Positions 13,501 to 26,095 of a stretch of 64,000 bases of DNA are shown piece by piece (the first letter of the stretch is position 1; every line of letters starts with the position of its first letter). The notes beneath the pieces are model-generated. The model saw only the letters and a program-made list of their open reading frames with translations. It was not told the DNA's origin and searched no databases. The DNA is from Macrostomum hystrix. Taxonomy: Eukaryota; Animalia; Platyhelminthes. The DNA is taken from positions 19,282,001 through 19,346,000 of the forward strand of contig CATNEN010000001.1 in the NCBI GenBank assembly GCA_950097015.1, written 5' to 3'. The position numbers and the translations under genes were made by a program.

Positions 13501-16500
13501 AGCGACAGCTGCAGTCGCTTCCTCTGGCCCTGCTGCTGCACCAGCTGCGATGGCATGGACAGCCGCGACTGCTGGCCATCGGCCTGGACTCACTCGGCAG
13601 CTGTCTGGCTGGCAGTCCGGCGGCTGCGGCTGCAATGCGAGCCTGCGAAAGACTGGCTGGCAGCTCGCCGGCTGCCGCATATCCCAGGTGCGCCTTGCAG
13701 TGACCTTGAAGGTCGGGGGGTTCGATTCCCGACTTCCACTCCGACTGAAACAATTTGTGTCCTTTAGCTTATCAATTTAGCCAACTGGAAAATGGGTAGC
13801 AGCATTAGCTGGGGTAATTGACAGGTGTCACCAGTTAATTACTTATTTTATTTAAGTTTACATAAACGATCAAGCTACTTACCTAGGCTACTAACTTACC
13901 TAAATTAGCTAGCACTTACCACTCACGCGCATAGATGGTAATAAAGCTGGCAATCTAATTACCAAAACTACTAACCGAGCAATCTACCTTGACTTACCTA
14001 CGGGCGGATAAGGGGCGGATAATGATCAGAGGGGCGGATAATGGGCATAAGGGGCGGATAATGAGCATATAGGGTGGATAATGAGCAGATAGGGTGGATA
14101 ATGAGCAGATAGGGCGGATAATGAGCAGATAGGGTGTATAATGAGCAGATAGGGTGGATAATGAGCAGATAGGGTGGATAATGAGCAGAGTGGCGGATAA
14201 TGAGCCGAAGGGGCGGAAAATGAGCTGAGGGGTGGATAATGAACTCAGGGGGCGGATAGTGAGCGGAGGGGGCGGATAATGAGCCGAAGGGGCGGAAAAT
14301 GAGCGGAGGGGGCGGAAAATGAGCTGAGGGGGGCGGAAAATGAGCTGAGGCGGCGGAAAATGAGGTGAGGTGGTGGATAATGAGCTGAGGGAGTGGAAAA
14401 TGAACTCAGGGGGCGGATAATGAGCTCAGGGGCGGACAATGGACGGAGTGGGCGGATGATTAGCGGATGGGGCCCATTTAACCTACCAACCTAACTAACC
14501 TATCCCACCCAGCCTGCTCCGGTCCGCCGTTCGCCTGTGGGAGCTGGACGATCGGTTGTTTCCTCAGCTGGAGGCCATCCTGGCCATGCGGCCAAGGTCG
14601 GACGCGGCCGTGAGTCGGCAGCTGAACTTGGCTCGGCATCGGGCCTACATTCGCCTGGCCGAGCTGTCGCCCAGTCAGCGGGCCGTTGTCTACCTGGAGG
14701 TCGCATTTCTGACGGCCACGGATGCCAACTCGCCAGAAGAGCTGGCCGTGCTGGCCATCGAATTCATTCGACTGCTGGTACTGGCTAGAGAGCTGGAGCT
14801 GCAGTCCACTCTGGAGAGGCTGCACGAATCCCTGCCACTGCCGCTGCTGCAGAGGCGGCCAAAACTCTTAGGCGCCCTGTGCCAACTCACCGCTGCTGCT
14901 GGCCATGTGCGACTCGAGACTGAGCAGTATCAGGTGCGCTAACTACCGGTTTGCCTGCCTACCTGTCTATCTGACTACCTGCCTCTTTACTCAACTAACT
15001 ACTTTTCTTCTCCACTACCTACTTGTCTACTTAAGTAACTACCTGTCTACTCACCAACTCACCTATCTCCCCTACCTCATGCATGACTACTTCACTACCT
15101 ACCTGTCTACCTCACTAATTACCTGTCTACCAAACTACCTACCTGTCTACCAAACTACTTACCTGTCTACCAAACTACTTACCTGTCTACCAAACTGCCT
15201 ACCTGTCTACCAAACTACCTACCTGTCTACCAAACTACCACCCTGTCTACTCAACAAACTACCTGTCTACTTCAGTATCTACCTGTCTACACCACTGCCT
15301 ACCTGTCTACTCCAATACCTACTTGTCTCCTCAACTAACTACCTGTCTACTCAACCACCAACCTGTCTACCAAACTTCCTACTAATCTACCCCACTACCT
15401 GCCTGTCTACTCAACTACCTACCTGTTTACCCGACTATCTCGCCTGTGTACCTGCTTACCCGCACGTTAGTAACTCTGTTACTCGATGCTGACCATCAGG
15501 CCTTCATATTCGAGCGAGTCGGCTGGCTGTGGGATCTGGTAGCCGAGTCGCTTGATCGGTCCATCAGCTGCGCCGCTCTGGCAGCCCTCGGCAGCTTCCG
15601 ATTGGACGATTTCCGACCAATCCTAAAGGTGCTGATTCTCTGCGGCCCGCTGCCTGCGGGAATCGCTCTGACCAATGCCGCGGATGAGACGGAGAGCGAG
15701 GAGAATGGCGAGGCCGACAAACAGCAGCAGCAGCAGCTACAGGTGTTGCCAGGTCAGTTAAACCAATGCATGCAGGATTGTTCCAGTAGGATTTGGAAGT
15801 CGAGAATCGAACCCCTGACCTTCCTTCAAATAGCGAGTCACACACACACCAACCCGGCTAATCTTCCAGGCGCCGTGTGGATTAAAATCGCTTCAAACTT
15901 CCTCGCCAATCGATCTGAGCACTCCAGCGCCCTGGCCTTCCTATCTGGCCTGGCAGTGAAGGAGCTGGCGGCCATGCCTCATCACTATGCTCAGCCTCCC
16001 CGCTCGGCAGACCCGGCCAGCCGCAGCGCCAGTCAGTTGGTCCGCCAGCTTCCCGGCCAAGTTCAGGCTCGATTGAAGCAGGCAGACACGGATCCGGACA
16101 CTGTCATGGACCTGTGCGATGCGCACCTCAGACTGTGCCGCCAACCCACCCTGTCCGACCTTCGGCTACTCATCGTTGAAAGTCGTCGGCTTATGTCAGA
16201 CCGGCAGCTCTCCCAGCGTCGACAATGCTGGCAGTGGCAGGCTCTGCTTGGCCTTGTGGAGTCGTGGACAGACTTTGCCTGCCGGCTGCTGACCTCCCAG
16301 CAGGCTGCTGAAGGGGGTTCTAGCCATAGACAGCAGCAGCCGGCTGCGGTCTCGGAGGCTGCCTGGACTCGCTACGCCGAGACTGCGATTTCGGCGACCG
16401 TTAAAAATAGCGCGGAACAGTCTGGCGTTTCCCGCAGCGGCAACGCCGCCTTCCCACTCGCCCTGACCGGCTTGGCTGCCGCCCTGACTGCGGACAAGCA

Positions 16501-19500
16501 GCGCCCCTGCGATGGTCAGTTGACAGACTGGGTGGGGCATTGGGTGGCAGCGGAAGATTAGGAGAGTAGGCAGCGGAAGACTAGGCATGTAGGAGCAGAG
16601 ATTCAAAATATTAGGGAGCGGATATTCAAGAGATTAGGGAGCGGAGATTCAAGAGATTAGGGAGCGGAGATTCAAAAGATTAGGGAGCGGAGATTCAAGA
16701 GAGTAGAGAGCGGATATTCAAGAGATTAGGGAGCGGTGTTTCAAGAGAGTAGAGAGCGGAGATTCAAGAGAGTAGAGAGCGGAGATTCAAGAGAGTAGAG
16801 AGCGGAGATTCAAGAGATTAGGGAGCGGAGATTCAAGAGATTAGGGAGCGGAGTTTCAAGAGAGTAGGGAGTGGAGATTCAAGAGATGTTAGGCGTACAG
16901 TCGCTTAAAACTGAGAGGTCCTAGCCCGAATCCAACACTCCCGCTGCAGAAGCTGTGTCAGCATTTTGCCGCAGCCTCCTAGCCTCAGTTGTTGCCGCCG
17001 CATTCGGCGACAATCCCTCGCCTTCGCCGTCGCCTTCGGCTGCCTTCTCGGCCGAAGCTGTCGCCCTGTTTCGCCGAGCCAGCGGCGATGCGTCGCTCCG
17101 CTGCGCCGCGCTTCTCTGCCTGCCAGCGGCTGCCGAGGCCGCAGCCGCCGACTGCCTGAGCTTGGCTCAGCGGCTCCTGAATATCCTGACGATGGATTTA
17201 AAGGCCGCGGCATCGTCGACTGCGGCTTTCAACAGTGTGTCGGTCGCTGCCGCCCTGGCTTGCGGAGATCTGCTCAGCCGGTGCGTCGCCAGACATCCCG
17301 CCGTGGTGGTCGTTCCGCTGTGCCGAAGCTTCAGCCGTTTGGCCCTGGACGGGGCTCGAACTTGCGACGGCGGCCTGTTGGGCTTGGCCAAACTGGCACC
17401 GGCGATGCTGCTGACTGGCAGCGCCGAGCTGGCGGACCTGTTCCGCTTGAATGCCGGCCGACTGCTGGATCTGCTGACAGCGACTGTGCCTGCCGAGGTG
17501 ATTTGGCTGCTTTTAACTGGGGCTAGATTTGTGCTTGCTCTGTATAGACTTGATGGGGTGACATTTGTGAAGTTTTACGTGAGATTTCCAGAATCTTTTA
17601 GTGAGATGTCCAGAATCTTTTAGTGAGATTTCCAGAATCTTTAGGTGAGATGTCCAGAATATTTTAGTGAGATTTCCAGAATCTTTTAGTGAGATTTCCA
17701 GAATCTTTTAGTGAGATTTCCAGAATATTTTAGTGAGATTTCCAGAATCTTTTAGTGAGATTTCCAGAATCTTTAGGTGAGATGTCCAGAATCTTTTAGT
17801 GAGATTTCCAGAATCTTTAGGTGAGATTTCCAGAATCTTTTAGTGAGATTTCCAGAATCTTTTAGTGAGATTTCCAGAATCTTTTAGTGAGATTTCCAGA
17901 ATCTTTTAGTGAGATTTCCAGAATCTTTTAGTGAGATTTCCAGAATCTTTTAGTGAGATTTCCAGAATCTTAAGGTGAGATTTCCAGAATTCTTAGGTGC
18001 GATTTCCCGAGTCATCAGGTGAGATTCCTGACTGATAGGAGTCAGAGTCTTCAGACGGATTATCGGAGACCTTAGAGCTCAACTCAGTGTACTCACCTAC
18101 GCCACCTTCTCAGACTCCCCAAATGGCGGTCGCCAATTCGAATCCGGACACCCTGGAGATCCTTCGCCTAGCCGCCTGCGCCCACCTGTCACTGGCTCTG
18201 ATAGCGGGGCGCGAACTCGCGTCCTACCCTGCTCACCTCGTCTCGACTACCGCTCGCTCAGCTTTGGAGTGTCTTCTAGCCGATGGTTGCGCAACTCGGG
18301 GCACAGCCCGTGGCCTGCTCATTCGGGCACTGCTGGCATCTCGCGACTCGCGACAGTCGGCTGTGGAACACCTCCGCGCCGTCAACCTGCAGCTGCAGCG
18401 GGCGCTGAACTCCTCCGCCGGTGGCTGCAATATCGACGAAGCCGACGCTGCTTTGGCTGCCTTGTCGGCAGCTCTCGGCTCCGAGTACCAGTGGTGCCGC
18501 CTGCCGCTGCCGCCGGGCGCTGTCAAACGAGCCACCGGCCAATCCGAGGAGCGTTACCATGGCGACCTGGCGTCTGCGATTTCGCGATTAAGTGGCTGCC
18601 GAGTTGAATGGATTCTAGGTGAGTTTGATGTCACTCTAACCTACTCAGCTGCCACTCTGACCTACTCAGCTGCCACTCTGACCTACTCAGCTGCCACTCT
18701 GACCTACTCAGCTGCCACTCTGACCTACTCAGCTGCCACTCTGACCTACTCAACTGCCACTCTGACCTACTCAACTGTCACTCTCGTATACTCTCACCTG
18801 TCACTCACGCATACTCTCACCTGTCAGTCTCGTATACTCTTACCTGTCAATCACGTGTACTCTCATGTCTCTGCATTTCATTCCGCAACCTTCACCTGTT
18901 ATCCTGTAAGCCACTAATCCCATCATAATCCGTGGCGCTAATCCTCTAATCCGTATCTAGGCAACCTGGCCAACTGGCACTCGTCTGTCAGCCAGCAAGC
19001 CGACAGTCACCTGTGGCATCGGCTCAGCGACAGTCTAGACTACCTGCCGGACTCCAGTCCGCTTCGCTACATTGTTGCTAGCCTGGTTGCTAAGGAAGCC
19101 ACCGCCCAGCTGCGCCTGCTCTGCTTGGACTGCCTGCTGGCCTGCATCGCCAGCAATCGAGGTAAAAGTGCATCGAAAAAGGGTCGCCGACCTGTCACTC
19201 TTCCTCCCATGGACTGGGCGCCCACTGTCCGTCACTTACTGTTGCTAGGCAACGCTGAGCATGACGAGAAGCTACACAGAAAACTTGCTCAATTGCTCAC
19301 TGGACTCTGCCAATCTGAGCAGCAGCAGCAGCAGCAGCAGCAGCAGGCCTCACTGGTGTCTGTTCTTCAAGACTGCCTGCAGCCACCGCTCATAGCCAAT
19401 TGGTCAGCATCTGCCGTTGCCATCCTACTCAGGCTGGCCGTATCTAATGCCGCCATCCACTACAGCCTGGATACCAACTGCCGCACATTCCTGGCCCAGC

Positions 19501-19730
19501 GCTTGCTGCCTTCGCTGCTCCAACCCTCCGCTGCGAAGCTGAGGCCTTGGCTGGCCAGTTCTATGGTCAAGGCCTACCACCGACTGGCCCGCAATGGCCG
19601 GATGGACGGACAGACAGCCCGGTGGCTGAAGGAGATCCTTGCTGATCGGCTGGGCGACGAGAGCGAGTCTGAGTTTGTCAGGAAGCTTCTGGGACGCCTG
19701 AAGGCTGCTCTTCCAGATTCGGTTGCGTAG
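10590..19730 (+). CDS. FOCAD: Focadhesin-like ARM/HEAT-repeat protein, spliced. Approximate exons 10590-10993, 11348-12036, ~13000-13689, 14513-14933, 15500-~16530, ~16950-17498, ~18114-18618, 18961-19730
   Basis: GT/AG-bounded GC-rich Leu/Ala-rich ORFs separated by minisatellite introns. Segments LFELLTHESPCVSVPACRVCLGL, LWELDDRLFPQLEAIL, EQYQ|AFIFERVGWLW and LPPMDWAPTVRHLL resemble the corresponding focadhesin segments as recalled, in the same order. The exon 3 acceptor is unresolved. Confidence 0.7.
11045..11300. repeat. 23-bp intronic minisatellite
   Basis: Unit GGGTGAGATTCTCATAATCTCCT in FOCAD-like intron 1. Confidence 0.92.
12297..12508. repeat. Imperfect inverted repeat (~75-bp arms), MITE-like hairpin in an intron
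   Basis: 12307-12372 CTTTGTTCTCAGCATCCCAG...CGGTGGCTACCGTC is the reverse complement of 12431-12497 with about 6 mismatches. Confidence 0.85.
13700..13830 (+). mobile_element. Possible tRNA-derived SINE fragment in an intron
   Basis: B-box-like GGTTCGATTCC inside a T-arm-like stem (GTCGGGGGGTTCGATTCCCGAC), followed by a SINE-like body (AAATGGGTAGC...GCTGGGGTAA). No complete cloverleaf. Confidence 0.35.
14000..14470. repeat. 20-21-bp intronic minisatellite
   Basis: AGGGTGGATAATGAGCAGAT / GGGGCGGAAAATGAGCTGAG units. Confidence 0.92.
14940..15450. repeat. 20-bp intronic minisatellite
   Basis: ACCTGTCTACCAAACTACCT units. Confidence 0.92.
16600..16890. repeat. 23-bp intronic minisatellite
   Basis: AGCGGAGATTCAAGAGATTAGGG units. 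Confidence 0.92.
17578..18030. repeat. 22-bp intronic minisatellite
   Basis: TAGTGAGATTTCCAGAATCTTT units. Confidence 0.95.
18632..18860. repeat. 21-bp intronic minisatellite
   Basis: ACTCTGACCTACTCAGCTGCC units directly after the donor AG|GTGAGT at 18618/18619. Confidence 0.92.
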
Positions 19731-19754
19731 AATTTCATGATTGCTGCTTCTGAA

Positions 19755-20080
19755 CTCCTTTTCTCCCCTCCTGTCTTCCCCATTGTTCCTCTCCTCTCTT
19801 TCCCATTCTTCCCCTGCTCTCTTCCCCATTCTTCCCCTCCTCTGTTTCCCATTCTCCCCTCCTCTCTTCCCCCTTCTCCCCTCCTCTTTTCCCCATTCTC
19901 TTCTCTTCCCCATTTGTCTTCGCCTCTCCTCCCCATTCTTGCTCTCCTCTCTTCCCTATTTTCCCCTCCTCTCTTCCCCATACTTCTCCACCACTCTTCC
20001 CCATTTTCCCCCACCTGTCTTCCCCATTCTCCCCCTCCTCTCTTCCCCATTCTTCCCTCCTATCTTTCCAATTCTCCCAC
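19755..20080. repeat. CT-rich low-complexity/degenerate minisatellite downstream of the FOCAD-like stop
   Basis: TCTTCCCCATTCTCCCCTCC-like units. Confidence 0.85.
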
Positions 20081-20469
20081 TGCCTACAATTAATGTTGTA
20101 TTGACTACGAGTGTTATTACAAGTACTCGTACTTGTCTTATCACTGCCCAATTGTGCCAAGATCAGCTTGTTGTGCCAACAAGCATCAATTCAACCTACG
20201 CAACTGTCTATTAACTACGAGTTTAAAAAGTGCATTTTTACAGAATTTAGCACAATTGCATGCTTCACTTTTGTAACTTTTGTTGTTAAAAATATTTCTT
20301 AACTAACTGAATCTAGCCGTTTTAAACTGTTTTAAACCTTGTATTTTTTTATTTAAAAGTTTGTAGCGTAGAAACGTAGGAATTTTGAAAATCTAAATGC
20401 TGATTAAAACATTTGATTTAAAAAATATACTTCAGGTTAATAACTGATAAAGTCATAGGATGACTTGAT

Positions 20470-20765
20470 AATTTGAGGGATAAGTAGATTTAGGTGAGAG
20501 ATGAGAATATTCAGGTGAGAGATGAGTAGATTCAGGTGAGAGATGAGTATATTCAGGTGAGAGATGAGTAGATTCAGGTGAGAGATGAGTATATTCAGGT
20601 GAGAGATGAGTATATTCAGGTGAGAGATGAGTATATTCAGGTGAGAGATGAGTATATTCAGGTGAGAGATGAGAATATTCAGGTGAGAGATGAGTAGATT
20701 CAGGTGAGAGATGAGTCGATTCAGGTGGGAGATATGTAGAATCAGGTGAGAGAAAATGAGATTCA
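20470..20765. repeat. 21-bp minisatellite upstream of the CPLANE2 ATG
   Basis: ATTCAGGTGAGAGATGAGTAT units. Confidence 0.95.
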
Positions 20766-20834
20766 AATGAGTTATATTACTAACTCATACTGAATGATTC
20801 CAGCCCTTAGACTGAGCTGAGAGCAGGCGGTATA

Positions 20835-20980
20835 ATGTACCATTGCGAGCGTGGCGCCCACTTCCAGTACAACTGGCTGGCCTCGCAGGAGGGCGCGCCC
20901 TACCTGCACTCCGTGTGGCCCAGGGCTCAGGCGAGGCCTCTGCAGTTCGCTCTGCTGGAGGCTCCACCTGCGCCACAGGT

Positions 20981-21012
<32 letters not shown>

Positions 21013-23575
21013 CAGTTTGGCACTCCGCTGGCCCATACAAGATAGCTGTGATTGGCAGAGCCGGTGTGGGGAAGTCCGAGTTTATTGGTACAGTTACAGG
21101 TGAGCTTTGCTTAGATCCCAATCCCTCAGGTGTTTATTATCAATAATCCCAATCCCTCAGGTGTTTATTATCAATAGTCCCAATCCCTCAGGTGTTTATT
21201 ATCAATAGTCCCAATCCCTCAGGTGTTTATTATCAATAGTCCCAATCCCTCAGGTGTTTATTATCAATAGTCCCAATCCCTCAGGTGTTTATTATCAATA
21301 GTCCCAATCCCTCAGGTGTTTATTATCAATAGTCCCAATCCCTCAGGTGTTTATTATCAATAGTCCCAATCCCTCAGGTGTTTATTATCAATAGTCCCAA
21401 TCCCTCAGGTGTTTATTATCAATAATCCCAATCCCTCAGGTGTTTATTATCAATAATCCCAATCCCTCAGGTGTTTATTATCAATAGTCCCAATCCCTCA
21501 GGTGTTTATTATCAATAGTCCCAATCCCTCAGGTGTTTATTATCAATAGTCCCAATCCCTCAGGTGTTTATTATCAATAATCCCAATCCCTCAGGTGTTT
21601 ATTATCAATAATCCCAATCCCTCAGGTGTTTATTATCAATAGTCCCAATTCAGGTGTTTATTATCAATAATCCCTATTCGTCAGGTGTTTATTATCAATA
21701 GTCCCAATCCCTCAGGTGTTTATTATCAATAATGCCAATCCCTCAGGTGTTTATCAATAGTCCCAATCCCTCAGGAGTTTATTATCAATAGTCCCAATTC
21801 AGGTGTTTATTATCAATAATCCCAATCCCTCAGGTGTTTATTATCAATAATCCCAATCCCTCAGGTGTTTATTATCAATAGTCCCAATTCAGGTGTTTAT
21901 TATCAATAATCCCTATTCGTCAGGTGTTTATTATCAATAGTCCCAATCCCTCAGGTGTTTATTATCAATAATGCCAATCCCTCAGGTGTTTATCAATAGT
22001 CCCAATCCCTCAGGTGTTTATTATCAATAGTCCCAATTCAGGTGTTTATTATCAATAGTCCCAATCCCTCAGGTGTTTATTATCAATAGTTCCAATCCCT
22101 CAGGTGTTTATTATCAATAATCCCAATCCCTCAGGTGTTTATTATCAATAATCCCAATCCCTCAGGTGTTTATTATCAATAGTCCCAATCCCTCAGGTGT
22201 TTATTATCAATAGTCCCAATCCCTCAGGTGTTTATTATCAATAATCCCAATCCCACAGGTGTTTATTATCAATAATCCCAATCCCTCAGGTGTTTATTAT
22301 CAATAGTCCCTATTCAGGTGATTATTATCATTTATGGATGTGTTTTGATATCAATATTTTATTAATTTTCATATGATCATACAAATATTCAATGCCCAAT
22401 GCACAGGTCAGCAGCAACAGCAGCAGCAGCAGTTTCAGTCAGTCTGGCAGGAGACTCCTGGCTTGTCAGTTCGGCGTCAATTCTGGCCCTGCAAGCTTCG
22501 CCGTCAGTCAGATCCCAACGGGGATATTGTGCTGGGCCAGCGGTCTGATCCGCTGCTGTGCCGGCTGGACTTCTGGGAGGCTGGGGACGCCGCATCGCGC
22601 AGCTTTGAGCACCTGCGCCACGAGCTGAGGTCGGCCTGCGACTGCGTCCTGTTCGTGTTCAGCGCCGCTGACCGGGCGTCCTTTGTCGAAGTGCCGACGC
22701 TTGTTCGGCGGACTCTGGGCTCGGATGTCGGCGAATCCGGTTCCGCGGCTGCTCCACCTTGCGGAGTCCTGCTGGTGACCCGACTCGACCAGCCTGAGGC
22801 GCAGGTGACTCACGGCTCTGGGATTGGAGTTGGGATAATTTTACTTATGGTTGGGATCTGATCAGTCAGGTGGGGATGTGACAATCAGGTGAGGATGCGA
22901 CAGTCAGGTGAGGATGTGACAATCAGGTGAGGATGTGACAGTCAGGTGGGGATGTCACAGTCAGGTGGGGATGTGACAGTCAGGTGGGGATGTGGCAGGT
23001 GGGGATGTGACAGTCAGGTGAGGATGTGACAGTCAGGTGGGGATGTGACAGTCAGGTGGGGATGTGGCAGGTGGGGATGTGACAGTCAGGTGGGGATGTG
23101 ACAATCAGGTGAGGATGTGACAGTCAGGTGAGGATGTGACAGTCAGGTGGGGATGTCACAGTCAGGTGGGGATGTGACAGTCAGGTGGGGATGTCACAGT
23201 CAGGTGGGGATGTGACAGTCAGGTGGGGATGTGGCAGGTGGGGATGTGACTGTCAGGTGAGGATGTGACAATCAGGTGAGGATGTGACAGTCAGGTGAGG
23301 ATGTGACAGTCAGGTGAGGATGTGACAGTCAGGTGAGGATGTGACAGTCAGGTGAGGATGTGACAGAGATTGAAATTCTTACCATTCAGGTTGTGAGTCG
23401 TGCGGAGCTGCTCAAACTCGAGCGGGACTGCCGCCTGCCATTGCTGAGATTCTCGCCCAGCATGCCTACTGAGTCTGTCTGTCAGCTGCTCAGTCGCCTA
23501 TGCGAATGCCTCTGGCACAGGCAGCTGGTGCTGCAGGGCGCCATCGAGACCTCGGTGCCCCAGAGAAGGAAGTGA
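20835..23575 (+). CDS. CPLANE2: Ciliogenesis and planar polarity effector 2 (RSG1) small GTPase; exons 20835-21099, 22407-22804, 23390-23575
   Basis: Phase-consistent GT-AG junctions (phase 1, then phase 0). P-loop YKIAVIGRAGVGKS, ETPG...FWPCKL, DFWEAG, LFVFSAADRASF, N-terminal W..S.EG..YL and C-terminal LCECLWH all match RSG1/CPLANE2 motifs as recalled. Confidence 0.88.
21115..22320. repeat. 31-bp minisatellite filling CPLANE2 intron 1
   Basis: CAATCCCTCAGGTGTTTATTATCAATAGTCC units. Confidence 0.97.
22865..23366. repeat. 19-bp minisatellite filling CPLANE2 intron 2
   Basis: CAGGTG(A/G)GGATGTGACAGT units. Confidence 0.97.
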
Positions 23576-25093
23576 CACAGAATATTTACTCAGCTGTGCT
23601 TGGATCATGTAGCATATCATGTGACTAGGAAGCTGGACTTCCGCTATTGACGCCTTTATACTCCAAATATAATTACCTGTGACGATTTTTATGAAAATAA
23701 GAAACGATTTAATTCCAATTTTTCGTTTTATATTAATTTTTCAATTGCAACATTTTCTGTACAGAACAGGAGACAGTTTCGTCTGTGCTTCGCGTGAGTA
23801 TCCAATGAGTCACATTAAACCTGTGAGTGTCATCTGGCTTAACGTGTGAAATGTTCCAGATTGAGCGACAGGTGTCGTTTCAAGGACCTGTCTGTAAAAT
23901 AGATTTTTTGGCTGAAGATAAAATGTTTCAAAGCTGTCCGACGTCGCATCGTCGAGATATTCAGCGATGCTTGTCTAAGACCCCGGTGACATGGACAACT
24001 GACCTCTCTAAGGCAAATCCACGTTAGTGTAATAAAAATAAAATTAGCAATGTAATCATGGCAATATCAATAGTAATTGAGGACATGGGGAAATTTTGCG
24101 AGTAGAAAAATTATGCAAATACTGCTGGTTTTTGCCACCAGACACCCCTACGAGAGTCGTTGAATATCTTGACGATGCCAATGTTTTGTGATTCTAATAA
24201 CTGTTTCATTAGATAAAGCGGAAAATTCTAGCCTGTGTTTTGGATTGGCAGTTTGTTGAAAAATTTAGGAGATACAGAAAAATTGGGCATTTGAAATACT
24301 GCCGCGGTAACTGATAACAAAGCATGCTGGCTTCAGTCGAAACACTGGTATTTCTGCAGGTTAATCGATCATAAATGTCGCACTCACTAATCTTAGCCTA
24401 CTGACAGTGGTAAAAGATTTCAATTTCGATGCTCTCAATTTCTAGACAATTTCATTAAAACAGGCCCCTTTCAGCCTCCCACTGGTGCTTTCACTCAAAA
24501 CACTGGGTCAGGTGAGGCGGAATTCCAGCTCATAGTTCTAGTTTGCATTAATACGAGACTGTATTTCAAAGCCTAAATAGAACCAATATATCTTGATTTG
24601 ATGAAGCCTACTAAAAGGTCTGGAAAAACGTAAAAAAACAAAGTTCACAGACGAGCAACCAAGTTCAACATTAAACCTGAATGACTTCTTAAAATAAACT
24701 TCGCGGTCTTCGCAGTTAGGGCCAGTGTTTACGGCACTGAACGAATCGAAAATGACGGGCCGAAGCCTGCTAGCCGAGAACCAATATATTAACCAAGCGA
24801 TAAGGACGGGCCAGAGGGTAAAAGCTGAAAAGGAGCGGGTGGAGGAGGGAGACGAGCAGCTAGCCAATCACAGACCAGGGAAAGGGAAGAGAATTGAAGT
24901 TAACTAAGAAGCTAAACAGATCCAGGGAGAGAGGAGAAATTTCAATAGCAGGGCGCGCGAACCCTTCCTTACAATCGAAGTTTTCTATTAATTTTCTATT
25001 TGCTGTTTTGCCAATCGAACGGTTGCGTCGGGGGCCCACTTTTCACTAAAATTTCATGATTCAGGCAACTTTGTTGCTGATTGTTGAAGCAGC

Positions 25094-26095
25094 TCAGGCC
25101 AGCTCGAAGAGCTGCCTAATCTGGTGCTCCGTCAGAGGCGCAGCGGCCAGGGCCACAGCCCTGATGGTGCCATTGAGGAAAACGCTGCTAGGCGAGCGCC
25201 AGCCGATCTTGACGCAGGCCCCAGCAGCATTGTACGTGACGCTTGTCAAAACATTGAACATAGGCCCCTGCAGAAACGAAGATCCCAGATAGAATCTGCA
25301 AGAAGCAGCCAGTAGGTTGAAGGACACTCCGGCGATGAAGAACTGCTGACTGTCGTTGGGCAGAACTGAGCCAGTTTGAAACAAAACTCTGCTACCTGAT
25401 AAAAGGTACAGTGCACGAGGAATATTTGGAAAGGCGCTGTACTCCCAGAAATGATCCAAGCTCGAGGTCCCAAGTTCAGTGCAACTCTCCAGGTCAACAA
25501 AACCGTTAGTCTTCGGAGTTCTCTTCAGGTGCAGCACCCAGGTGTAGGAGCCTGAGAAGTCCAGGCCGACTGGATCATCCACCCACAGTCGAGACGAGAC
25601 TCCGTCCATCACTGCGCCCTCGCTCGTCCACGTCACATTGCTGGATCTCATGGGATTCCTCTGTCCACCAGGGCCGCACACCACATTCTCCAGAGCCGGT
25701 CCCCTGTATCCAACCCACACAGCACTGAAGTGCTCGTTCGCAGTGATGGCATCGTACTCAGAGTCCACAATGATCTCGCAATCAAACTGATCTCGCAGTC
25801 CAGCAGTCGATGAGCTGATGTTGAAGAGGCTGAGCAGGTGGCACACCTGACTGAATCGGAACAGCGCGCACGAGGCGTCTCGCTTGCTCCACTGCACCAC
25901 GCCGACGCTGTTGAGCTGGAACTCGCGACTCGACACGAAGCAGTCGAGCAGGGAGACAGAAGGCTTCTGCCACGTCGACGGCGACTCGCTAAGACACTGA
26001 GCCCGGCCAACTCGGTACTGACTCACAACGTAGAATTGCTATGAAAGTTTTGCGAGCAATAATATGAGGAGCGTCCAAGCTATCGCTGTGGATCG
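25094..26095 (-). CDS. Array copy A: PAN-like + LamG/concanavalin-like protein (N-type 1, C-type alpha); 5' end uncertain
   Basis: 310-aa ORF. Cys-containing N-domain (DC...CALFR...C) and a LamG_3-like end (IGW...FLNGTIRAVALAAAPLTEHQIRQLF). The in-frame upstream signal-like peptide is interrupted by TAG at 26039-26041. Confidence 0.6.

Noticed and set aside
13700-13760. tRNA gene
   Set aside because: Only a T-arm/B-box is present, with no acceptor stem or full cloverleaf. Kept as a low-confidence SINE fragment.
13224-18607. Many antisense and alternate-frame ORFs over FOCAD-like exons
   Set aside because: Expected shadows of GC-rich coding sequence.
11045-23366. Idea that intronic repeat units are multiples of 3 to permit in-frame retention
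   Set aside because: Measured periods are 23, 20, 20, 23, 22, 21, 31 and 19 bp, mostly not divisible by 3.
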